From: Collinsella aerofaciens
GTDB lineage: Bacteria > Actinomycetota > Coriobacteriia > Coriobacteriales > Coriobacteriaceae
Assembly: GCA_905199455.1 (NCBI GenBank)
Contig: CAJKGV010000001.1
Coordinates: forward strand, 1-46,669
DNA length: 46,669 bases
Reading direction: 5' to 3'
A model generated the notes under the pieces. That model made no database searches. It saw nothing but the letters and a program-made list of their open reading frames with translations, and was not told where the DNA came from. The position numbers were made by a program, and so were the translations under genes. Each line of letters opens with the position of its first letter. Positions within the stretch are counted from its first letter, which is position 1. This document shows positions 1 to 7,056 of the stretch, piece after piece.

Positions 1-53
1 CGATTGGCGAAAATGCGTTGGTGGAAATGGTGAAAATTATATTGACGCTAACA
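1..53 (-). mobile_element. Terminal inverted repeat of an IS21-like element inserted into the IS110 transposase gene (rest lies outside the window)
   Basis: The minus strand reads TGTTAGCGTCAATATAATTTTCACCATTTCCACCAACGCATTTTCGCCAATCG. It has a TGT start and repeated ATTTTC(A/G)CCA subterminal boxes, as in IS21-family ends. There is an abrupt AT-rich shift at 53/54, and this sequence supplies the stop that truncates the IS110 ORF. Confidence 0.65.
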
Positions 54-692
54 GGGCGCGGTGGAGGCGGCCGCGGCCTCCCCGGCGGCCTCGGCCCGCG
101 GGCCCCCGGCCCCGGAGCGGGCGATCCCCCACGCCCCGCCGAACCCGGCGAGCAGCTCCAGCCACCGCCGGTCCGACAGGTCGACCGCGGCCTCGAGGGC
201 CGGGCAGGACTCGAGCAGCACCGCGCGCAGGCGGTTCTTGTCCCTGGTCGCGCAGGCGACGACGTGGTCGCGCTGCGACGAGAGGGCGCGGGCGGCCTCG
301 AGGGCCTCGCCGCGGCCCGGGACCCCCGACAGGGAGTCCGGAACGCCCAGGGCGGTCCGCGCGATCACCGCGGCGTCGCGCTCGTCGGTCTTGGCCTCGC
401 CGGCGAACAGGCCCGCGGCGCGGCTGGCGGCGAGCCCGGGCAGGTGGGCGACCCCGAGCCCCGCGGCGCGGGTCCGCCTCACGGCGAGGGACCCTATGTT
501 GCGGAACTGGTCGACGACGACGAGCGTGCCGGCGGGCGCGGAGGCGAACAGCGCGTCGAGCTCGGCCTCCCTGTTGCGGACGGGGGCGCTGGCCAGCACC
601 TCCCCGTCGCGGTCGACCAGGCAGGCCCAGTGCGACGACTTGCCGACGTCCAGGCCGAGCACGGCCGCGGGTCTGGTGGATGGCGCTTTCAC
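48..692 (-). pseudogene. IS110-family transposase/recombinase, interrupted after about 213 codons (C-terminal Ser-catalytic domain absent here)
   Basis: GTG at 692 follows a GGAAGG RBS. Motifs LGLDVGKSSHWACLVD, VVVDQ and KTDERDA match the RuvC-like DEDD domain. The frame runs into the IS21-like end and stops at 48. Confidence 0.9.
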
Positions 693-730
693 GGTGGTAT
701 CCTTCCGGTAGTCGTTCGACCGGATGGCCT

Positions 731-925
731 CCCCCTCGGCACTCACATTACCAGCCGCGGCGCCTGCCCGGCACTTTCCTATCAGCCGTCGGGGGCGGCG
801 CGTCCCGCGCCGGCAGCACCCAACGGGCCCTCTCGGGGGCAGGGACGTTCGGCCGTGCGCGGGCGCCCGGTCGGCGGCCCGTTCTGGGCGCGCCTCAATC
901 GTAGCCCGAGACGGTCCCGGGCTGA
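731..925 (-). ncRNA. Predicted IS110 bridge RNA (5' hairpins, target-binding loop 805-862, donor-binding loop 731-795); ends approximate
   Basis: Two stem/internal-loop/stem modules were folded by eye. Loop segment GAACGUCC (850-843) equals the flank plus core (949-942). Loop segment GUAAUG (751-746) is complementary to the element end CATTAC (942-937). Confidence 0.8.
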
Positions 926-933
926 CAATTTCG

Positions 934-939
934 ACTGTA
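934..939 (-). promoter_or_regulatory. Candidate -10 box (TACAGT) of the IS110 circle-junction promoter
   Basis: TACAGT lies just inside the left end, pointing toward the bridge RNA and transposase. IS110 elements form a promoter with a right-end -35 after circularisation. Confidence 0.45.
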
Positions 940-941
940 AT

Positions 942-964
942 GGACGTTCTTAAATGACTAGTTG
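942..964. repeat. Half of a GGGAC-loop REP-like hairpin split by the IS110 insertion
   Basis: GGACGTTCTTAAATGACTAGTTG; 943-962 matches the reverse complement of 22461-22480 at 18/20 positions. Confidence 0.65.
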
Positions 965-1133
965 AAAGGGACACTCTTGCATCAAATCTGCCGGCCCTCG
1001 CCGGGCTCGTCCTGTACTTTACTGAGATAAAGTGAACGCGTAGATTCGTAACCCACTCGCAACCGTTCTATGGCACGATATTGAACGAATGTATGCTATG
1101 CGCCCAAATCTTTTGGGCAGAGTGGGAGACAGT

Positions 1134-3434
1134 ATGGTTAAGCTGTACGAGGACGGCATCTACCTGCGCGGCGGCAGCGAGGTTGTGCCTGCGGCCGAGG
1201 CTGCCGAGCGCGGTATTACGCAGACGCCCGAGGATGCCAAGCGCGGCACCATCGCGTATTCGATCCTCCAGGCACACAATACGTCCGGAGACCCCGAGGC
1301 GCTCAAGATTCGCTTCGACGCCATGGCGAGCCACGACATCACCTTTGTCGGCATCATCCAGACGGCGCGCGCCTCGGGCATGGAGCAGTTCCCGCTGCCC
1401 TACGTGCTCACCAACTGCCATAACTCGCTGTGCGCCGTGGGCGGCACCATCAACGAGGATGACCACGTCTTTGGCCTTTCCGCTGCTAAGAAGTACGGCG
1501 GCATCTTCGTCCCGCCGCATATCGCCGTCATCCACTCCTTTATGCGTGAGAACTTCGCCGGCTGCGGCAAGATGATCCTGGGCTCCGACTCGCACACCCG
1601 CTACGGCGCCCTGGGCACCATGGCCGTGGGCGAGGGCGGTGGCGAGCTGGCAAAGCAGCTGCTGCGCGACACCTACGACGTTGCCTATCCCGGCGTCGTT
1701 GCCATCTACCTCACGGGCGCCCCGCGTCCCGGCGTCGGCCCGCACGACGTGGCACTCGCCATCATCCGTGCCGTCTTTGCCAAGGGCTACGTCAAGAACA
1801 AGGTCATGGAGTTCGTGGGCCCCGGCATCGCGAGCATGACGACCGACTACCGCAACGGCGTCGATGTCATGACCACCGAGACCACCTGCCTGTCGAGCAT
1901 CTGGGCCACCGACGAGGACACGCACGCGTTTTTGACCATGCACGGCCGCGGCGACGACTACCGCGAGCTCAAGCCCGCCGATGTCGCCTACTACGACGGC
2001 TGCGTCGAGGTCGATTTGTCGAGCATCAAGCCCATGATCGCGCTGCCGTTCCATCCTTCCAACGGCTTTGAGATCGACGAGCTCAACGAGAACCTCGAGG
2101 ACATCCTGCACGAGGTGGAACTCGAGGCCGCCAAGATCGGCGAGGGCAAGACGCACTTTAGCCTGCTCGACAAGATCGTCGACGGCAAGCTGCACGTGCA
2201 GCAGGGCGTTATCGCCGGCTGCTCGGGCGGCAACTACGATTCCGTGGTCCAGGCTGCCCGCGTACTCAAGGGCGCCAACACCGGCTGCGGCGAGTTTTCG
2301 CTGTCGGTCTATCCCACGAGCCAGCCCGTGGCGCTCGAGCTTACACGCCGCGGCTACATCTACGACCTCATGGAGGCCGGCGCGATCGTGCGCACGGCGT
2401 TCTGCGGCCCGTGCTTCGGCGCCGGCGACACGCCCGCCAACAACGGCCTTTCGATCCGCCACACTACGCGCAACTTCCCCAACCGCGAGGGTTCCAAGCC
2501 GGGCAATGGCCAGCTGAGCGCCGTGGCCCTGATGGACGCCCGCTCCATTGCGGCGACGGCTGCCAACGGCGGCGTCCTGACGCCGGCGACCGACCTGCCC
2601 GAGGAGACTTGGGACGAGGCCTGCGAGTACACCTTTGACGACGCGCCGTACAAAAAGCGCGTGTACTGGGGCTTTGGCAAGGCGGAGCCTGCCGACGAGC
2701 TGGTCGAGGGTCCCAACATCAAGCCGTGGCCCGCGATGGAGCCGCTCGGCGACGATATCCTGCTCAAGGTGTGCTCCAAGATCATGGATCCGGTCACCAC
2801 GACCGACGAGCTCATTCCTTCGGGCGAGACGAGCTCCTTCCGCTCCAACCCGCTGGGCCTGGCCGAGTTTACGCTCAGCCGTCGCGATCCGGCCTACGTG
2901 GGTCGCTCCAAGGAGGTCGACGCCGTGGAGAAGCGCCGCGTTGCCGGCGAGGCAGCAGGCGATCTGGCGGCACTCGATGCCGAGCTTGCGGGCGTGTTTG
3001 AGGCGCTGGTCGGCGCGGGTGTCGCGGCCGATGCCAAGGCGACTGAGTACGGCTCCATGCTCTATGCCAAGAAGCCCGGTGACGGTTCCGCCCGCGAGCA
3101 GGCCGCGAGCTGTCAGCGCGTGATCGGCGGTCTGGCCAACATCGTCCACGAGTACGCCACCAAGCGCTATCGCTCCAACGTGATGAACTGGGGTATGGTG
3201 CCCTTCCAGATGGAGGCCGAGCCCAGCTTTGAGGTGGGCGACTATGTCTTTGTGCCGGGTATCCGTGCCGCGCTCGACGGTGACCTAAAGGACATCGCCG
3301 CCTACGTGGTGCGCGCCGACGGTGCGGTCGAGCAGATTGAGCTCTACATTGCCGATATGACGGCAGAGGAGCGTGCCATCGTCAAGGCCGGCTGCCTGAT
3401 CAACTACAACAAGTTCAAGGCCGCTGCCGAGTAA
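1134..3434 (+). CDS. Aconitase-family hydratase (YbhJ-like, 4Fe-4S)
   Basis: Motifs [70 protein letters not shown] and [19 protein letters not shown] before ATG 1134. Confidence 0.92.
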   Translation: MVKLYEDGIYLRGGSEVVPAAEAAERGITQTPEDAKRGTIAYSILQAHNTSGDPEALKIRFDAMASHDITFVGIIQTARASGMEQFPLPYVLTNCHNSLCAVGGTINEDDHVFGLSAAKKYGGIFVPPHIAVIHSFMRENFAGCGKMILGSDSHTRYGALGTMAVGEGGGELAKQLLRDTYDVAYPGVVAIYLTGAPRPGVGPHDVALAIIRAVFAKGYVKNKVMEFVGPGIASMTTDYRNGVDVMTTETTCLSSIWATDEDTHAFLTMHGRGDDYRELKPADVAYYDGCVEVDLSSIKPMIALPFHPSNGFEIDELNENLEDILHEVELEAAKIGEGKTHFSLLDKIVDGKLHVQQGVIAGCSGGNYDSVVQAARVLKGANTGCGEFSLSVYPTSQPVALELTRRGYIYDLMEAGAIVRTAFCGPCFGAGDTPANNGLSIRHTTRNFPNREGSKPGNGQLSAVALMDARSIAATAANGGVLTPATDLPEETWDEACEYTFDDAPYKKRVYWGFGKAEPADELVEGPNIKPWPAMEPLGDDILLKVCSKIMDPVTTTDELIPSGETSSFRSNPLGLAEFTLSRRDPAYVGRSKEVDAVEKRRVAGEAAGDLAALDAELAGVFEALVGAGVAADAKATEYGSMLYAKKPGDGSAREQAASCQRVIGGLANIVHEYATKRYRSNVMNWGMVPFQMEAEPSFEVGDYVFVPGIRAALDGDLKDIAAYVVRADGAVEQIELYIADMTAEERAIVKAGCLINYNKFKAAAE

Positions 3435-3449
3435 CGCACTTAATTGTCC

Positions 3450-3523
3450 GCCCGGGGCTTACCCTTTCCCGCCCGCTCACGCGCTTCGCGAGGGTCGCGT
3501 TCGGGAAAGGGTAAGCCCCGGGC
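3450..3523. repeat. REP-like long hairpin after the hydratase gene
   Basis: GCCCGGGGCTTACCCTTTCCCG ... CGGGAAAGGGTAAGCCCCGGGC, a perfect 22-bp stem around a structured loop. Confidence 0.75.
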
Positions 3524-3530
3524 TACATTT

Positions 3531-3616
3531 CTGCGTTCTCGTTGGGTCTTGAGGGACGCTAATAAATAGACTTGCTTGATGCCGCCTCTGTTATCGGGGC
3601 GGCTTCTTTTGTCGAA
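3531..3616 (+). repeat. Direct repeat X, copy 1 (contains intrinsic terminator 3581-3610)
   Basis: Matches 4859-4945 except for two substitutions and one T indel. Includes GCCGCCTC-TGTTATC-GGGGCGGC-TTCTTTT. Confidence 0.92.
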
Positions 3617-3652
3617 AACCACCATGAAGGGGTAGGCGCCTTTGCGGTGGTT
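3617..3652. repeat. Palindrome P1 (degenerate; 'empty' site)
   Basis: AACCACCATGAAGG-GGTAGGCG-CCTTTGCGGTGGTT, a variant of ACCACCACAAAGG-loop-CCTTTGTGGTGGT. Confidence 0.8.
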
Positions 3653-3654
3653 CC

Positions 3655-3797
3655 GTTTGTCTCGACCTGTAACATCTGGGCCCCTATTTGACGAGCGGTT
3701 GTTACAGATTGAGACAAACGATCGCCGCCGATCATTTCATCTCAATCTGTAACATCTAGGATCGAAAAGGGCCGCTAGATGTTACAGATCGAGACAG
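3655..3797. repeat. Q array, two inverted-repeat units
   Basis: TCTCRAYCTGTAACA-N25-TGTTACAGATYGAGA units; TGTAACA at 3668 and 3748. Confidence 0.9.
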
Positions 3798-3814
3798 TGG
3801 AACATCGGAGCCGA

Positions 3815-3837
3815 AACCACCACAAAGGTGCCTGCCC
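3815..3837. repeat. Palindrome P2 (left arm and loop only)
   Basis: AACCACCACAAAGGTGCCTGCCC, ending 9 nt from the stop of the minus-strand gene at 3847. Confidence 0.75.
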
Positions 3838-3846
3838 GGCGGGTCC

Positions 3847-4494
3847 TTATTTCGATGGGGTCCAGGTTATTTCATCGTCAAATAGCCAAGTGCGTGCCGA
3901 GCCACTGTTGCGCGCTGTCTGCGGATCGGGCTCGCAGGTTTGTTCGTAGGCATCCTCGGTACACCGATCCATAAAATCGACGACTGCCGTCTGGTCGCCC
4001 TCCATGACGTAGATTACGTCGCCATCCGAGATATAGACCCCCGGTCCTTCATTGTCCACGCAGCCGGGGTCGTATGAGACGTTGCACAATTTGCTCCCGT
4101 TTGCCGCATCGAGCTCAAGGGTCGAATGATACCCGCCAACCATTTGGCCGTTCTTGGCTCGATATGTTGCGGCGCCGTACCACCGCTTAAACGTCTTGCC
4201 TTTGAGTAAACTGGTTGCCTTACCGATAAGCTGCTCATCTTGGGTATAGCGCGTGGCTCCAAGTTCGATTCGGGGATAGTTACTGACCCCAAGCGCTGCG
4301 GGCGTACCGTCGAAATCGACGGTGATCGAATCGGGTTTGACGATATCGGTGAGGATTTCGATGGGGTAGCTTACGGTTTCAACCGCCGCCTGCGTTGCCG
4401 AGGCAGGGAGAAATGCGAGATAGATAATTCCTACGCCGACTGCGGTAATCGCAAACGCTAAGACGAGCAGGCCGATATAGGTGGAGCGTTTCAC
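3847..4494 (-). CDS. Hypothetical protein with N-terminal membrane anchor (paralog of 5938..6609)
   Basis: GAGG RBS before GTG 4494. Hydrophobic N-terminus. Shares LLKGKTFKRWYG, VSYDPG, NEGPG, YVMEGDQ, DAYEQTC and PDPQTAR with 5938..6609. Confidence 0.85.
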   Translation of the reverse strand: MKRSTYIGLLVLAFAITAVGVGIIYLAFLPASATQAAVETVSYPIEILTDIVKPDSITVDFDGTPAALGVSNYPRIELGATRYTQDEQLIGKATSLLKGKTFKRWYGAATYRAKNGQMVGGYHSTLELDAANGSKLCNVSYDPGCVDNEGPGVYISDGDVIYVMEGDQTAVVDFMDRCTEDAYEQTCEPDPQTARNSGSARTWLFDDEITWTPSK

Positions 4495-4858
4495 GGCGGG
4501 TACCTCGCAAACAGTATGCATTCATTAAGATAAGTGATACCAGCTTACGACAATATTCAAAAGAAAGCGATCGGTCGAAATGACGGGGCGAAAAGGCCCT
4601 ATTGGGCTTCGATTTGACCTCTAATAGGAATATTTGCCCCACTCATTCTGGGCGAGAGGTCAATAATTCAGTTCACGAGTCTTGAGCGATACTATTCTCA
4701 CTAAACTCACTATTTTCACAGTAAGCACTATAAATACGATAGGGAGGACGACGAGAACGTTGTGACGTGCGATAGCTAAGCCGTTTAAGCCGGACTCTGA
4801 CCTTGAATCTCCGCCTCTATCTGTGCGAACGGGCTATTGTCGGTTCTCGATTCCATCG

Positions 4859-4945
4859 CTGCGTTTTCGTTGGGTCTTGAGGGACGCTAATAAATAGGCT
4901 TGCTTGATGCCGCCTCTGTTATCGGGGCGGCTTCTTTTTGTCGAA
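4859..4945 (+). repeat. Direct repeat X, copy 2 (contains intrinsic terminator 4909-4939)
   Basis: Near-identical to 3531-3616. Confidence 0.92.
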
Positions 4946-4946
4946 A

Positions 4947-4981
4947 ACCGCCACAAAGGGGACAGGCACCTTTGTGGCGGT
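4947..4981. repeat. Palindrome P3
   Basis: ACCGCCACAAAGG-GGACAGGCA-CCTTTGTGGCGGT, perfect 13-bp arms. Confidence 0.92.
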
Positions 4982-5034
4982 GGGGACGAGCTCGATGTTG
5001 TTGTGATCGTTGAGCGGCATGTTAATGGGCACCT

Positions 5035-5703
5035 CTACAGAATTTCATCTGGGCTGGCGGGTTTGGTTGTTTTGGGGATGCCGAGTTTGGATGACGCGAA
5101 ATCGTCAACATTGTCCTTAATTCCGTCTTTGGTGTAGACAGTGACCATATAGGTGCTGTGTCCGAATTCGCCCTTGTCGCGTGTTGCCCAGGCATCCCAG
5201 TAGGCGGCCCCGTTTCGCCCTTTGATTTTTCCGACACGGCGGAGTTCTGTTCGCTTTAATTTCCGGTTGCTATAGATGGTTCGACCGGCTTCCGCGGTGA
5301 GCCCGCACTGTCCAAGCAGCTTGTCGAGGACTTGGTTCATGTGGCGCTCATCGGTGTTTGGTGCGTAGTCGTAGGCGAGGGTGATGGAGTCGAGTGGCTG
5401 GTCGTCGATCAGATAGTTTAGCGCCTGAGGTTCAAGGCAGAAATAGGGGGAGCATCCGTCGACCTTGCCGAGCAACGGTAACTTGGACTGCCAACTTCCG
5501 GTGGGAATTGCATATTCGTAGAACACGCCACGGCAGACAAAGGAGAGCGAGGTGGCACGCGAGCCGGCGTCGATCATCCCGCAAAGATCGAAGGGCGAGG
5601 CGATACCAAAAGAAAAGGGCGTGATGACGATAAGGAAGAGCATCACGATGGGTATGGCGAGAATGGCGATGACGTTGCGACCGGTGGAATGAGACGGCTT
5701 CAT
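5035..5703 (-). CDS. Hypothetical protein with N-terminal membrane anchor
   Basis: GAGGAG RBS before ATG 5703. Hydrophobic VIAILAIPIVMLFLIVI segment. It is the only plausible gene between P3 and P4. Confidence 0.8.
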   Translation of the reverse strand: MKPSHSTGRNVIAILAIPIVMLFLIVITPFSFGIASPFDLCGMIDAGSRATSLSFVCRGVFYEYAIPTGSWQSKLPLLGKVDGCSPYFCLEPQALNYLIDDQPLDSITLAYDYAPNTDERHMNQVLDKLLGQCGLTAEAGRTIYSNRKLKRTELRRVGKIKGRNGAAYWDAWATRDKGEFGHSTYMVTVYTKDGIKDNVDDFASSKLGIPKTTKPASPDEIL

Positions 5704-5813
5704 ATGCGCTCCTCGAGACAAAGATCTGTTGAGGATAGGCAGAAATGGATATGTTCAGAGAACAATTCAAGTTTAATCTCATGGCGCGAGATGGTCGACC
5801 GTTAGCGTCGAAA

Positions 5814-5848
5814 ACCACCACAAAGGTGCCTGTCCCCTTTGTGGTGGT
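5814..5848. repeat. Palindrome P4
   Basis: ACCACCACAAAGG-TGCCTGTCC-CCTTTGTGGTGGT. The loop is the reverse complement of the P3 loop. Confidence 0.92.
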
Positions 5849-5937
5849 GAGGAGCGCGCGGCTTCTTTTGGTAATAGTGTTAGCTGGCGGTATCATTAGT
5901 GCAGGTGGCGAAGGTTTGCATTGTGGGGTGTTTTGCC

Positions 5938-6609
5938 GTGAGCCGTTCTGCCCGTATTGGATTGATTGTCTTGGCGCTTGCGATCGCTGTGGTTGGCGCG
6001 GGCGCTGTCGGTATGGCATTTCTACCTGCTGCGGTGACGGAGCCGTTGGTCAAGCCTGTGGCTCAATCTGTCGAACTTCTGACCGGCGACGACAAGCCCG
6101 AGACCATTACCGTTGATTTTGATGAGCAGCCGGCTGTGCTGGGTATTAGCAATTATCCGTGTATTCAGCTTGGGGCCATGCGCTATACCACGGATACAAG
6201 CCTGATCGATAGGGCGTCCGAGCTACTCAAGGGCAAAACATTTAAGCGTTGGTACGGATATGCGTCCTATCGGGCAAAAGCGAACGACATGGTTGGCGGA
6301 TGTCACTCTTCCATCGAGCTGGACACTGCAAACGGCGCAAAGTTATGTGATGTCTCGTACGATCCGGGTTACGAGGGCAATGAGGGTCCGGGTATTTACA
6401 TCATGGCCGGCGATGCAGCCTATGTCATGGAGGGCGACCAGGCCGAGCTCAACGATTTTATGGGTCAGTGTATCCAAGATGCCTATGAACAGACCTGCTT
6501 GCCCGACCCGCAGACTGCACGCGATAGTGGGTCTGCCCGTATATGGCTCTTCGAGGATGAGATGCCCTGGAGCGGCGAATCGGGAAGCACGGGTTCGGCA
6601 AGTAAATAG
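5938..6609 (+). CDS. Hypothetical protein with N-terminal membrane anchor (paralog of 3847..4494)
   Basis: GTG 5938 aligns with the paralog start, and similarity is full-length. Lies between P4 and P5. Confidence 0.85.
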   Translation: MSRSARIGLIVLALAIAVVGAGAVGMAFLPAAVTEPLVKPVAQSVELLTGDDKPETITVDFDEQPAVLGISNYPCIQLGAMRYTTDTSLIDRASELLKGKTFKRWYGYASYRAKANDMVGGCHSSIELDTANGAKLCDVSYDPGYEGNEGPGIYIMAGDAAYVMEGDQAELNDFMGQCIQDAYEQTCLPDPQTARDSGSARIWLFEDEMPWSGESGSTGSASK

Positions 6610-6616
6610 AGACTGC

Positions 6617-6653
6617 AACCACCACAAAGGTACCCGTCCCCTTTGTAGTAGTT
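6617..6653. repeat. Palindrome P5
   Basis: AACCACCACAAAGG-TACCCGTCC-CCTTTGTAGTAGTT, 7 nt after the stop at 6609. Confidence 0.85.
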
Positions 6654-6657
6654 CTCG

Positions 6658-6880
6658 GTTTGTCTCGATCTGTAACATCTTGGCCGCTAAAAGTGGGCCT
6701 GGTGTTACAGATTTAGATTTTCGATTCGGGTGTCTTCTGTTTGTCTCAATCTGTAACAGATAGGGCCCTATTTGCCGAGTAGTTGTTACAGATTTAGATA
6801 AACGGGCGCCGCTGAGCATTTCATCTCGATCTGTAACATCTAGGATTAAAAATGGCTGCTAGATGTTACAGATCGAGATG
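6658..6880. repeat. Q array, three inverted-repeat units
   Basis: TGTAACA at 6671, 6752 and 6832, each followed 25 nt later by TGTTACA. 6739-6880 is a diverged direct copy of 3655-3797. Confidence 0.9.
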
Positions 6881-7056
6881 GTAGTGCGCCTGGGCAGCGG
6901 CAGGCTGACACCTCAGTACCCTATCCATCAATCACTCAGAAAATCTTATATATAGAGACTTAGATTTGTGTATAAGATCGCGCAAAGCTGGCAACAATAC
7001 TTCTCGAACAACGTGAAGCCGCCCCGTAGGGCGGCCACCCCAAGAGAGGTGATTCC

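Larger units (their letters stand above)
54..943 (-). mobile_element. IS110-family insertion sequence, left end and 5' part
   Basis: DEDD transposase N-terminus plus about 250 nt of structured non-coding left end. The junction is placed at the CC core (942-943, minus strand) from guide matches inside the non-coding end. Confidence 0.88.

Noticed and set aside
18..974. ORFs 18..953 (+), 61..711 (+) and the N-terminal extension of 48..974 (-)
   Set aside because: They are shadow frames in very GC-rich IS DNA. The transposase starts at GTG 692 after an RBS, and the upstream region is better explained as structured RNA.
4742..4939. 6S RNA, SRP RNA or T-box call for the structured segment
   Set aside because: Only a short ACCTTGAA resemblance to 6S is present. 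There is no end-to-end closing stem, SRP loop or T-box motif, so it is left as an unnamed candidate.
3617..6653. Classical integron
   Set aside because: There is no intI gene, P sites lack the attC RYYYAAC/GTTRRRY organisation, and the genes are in mixed orientation. Reported only as integron-like.
3655..6880. Q or P repeats as a CRISPR or TIGR-type guide array
   Set aside because: The units are inverted pairs with only 2-3 per array, and spacers recur between arrays. No cas or Tas-like gene is adjacent, and the period does not fit short guide units.
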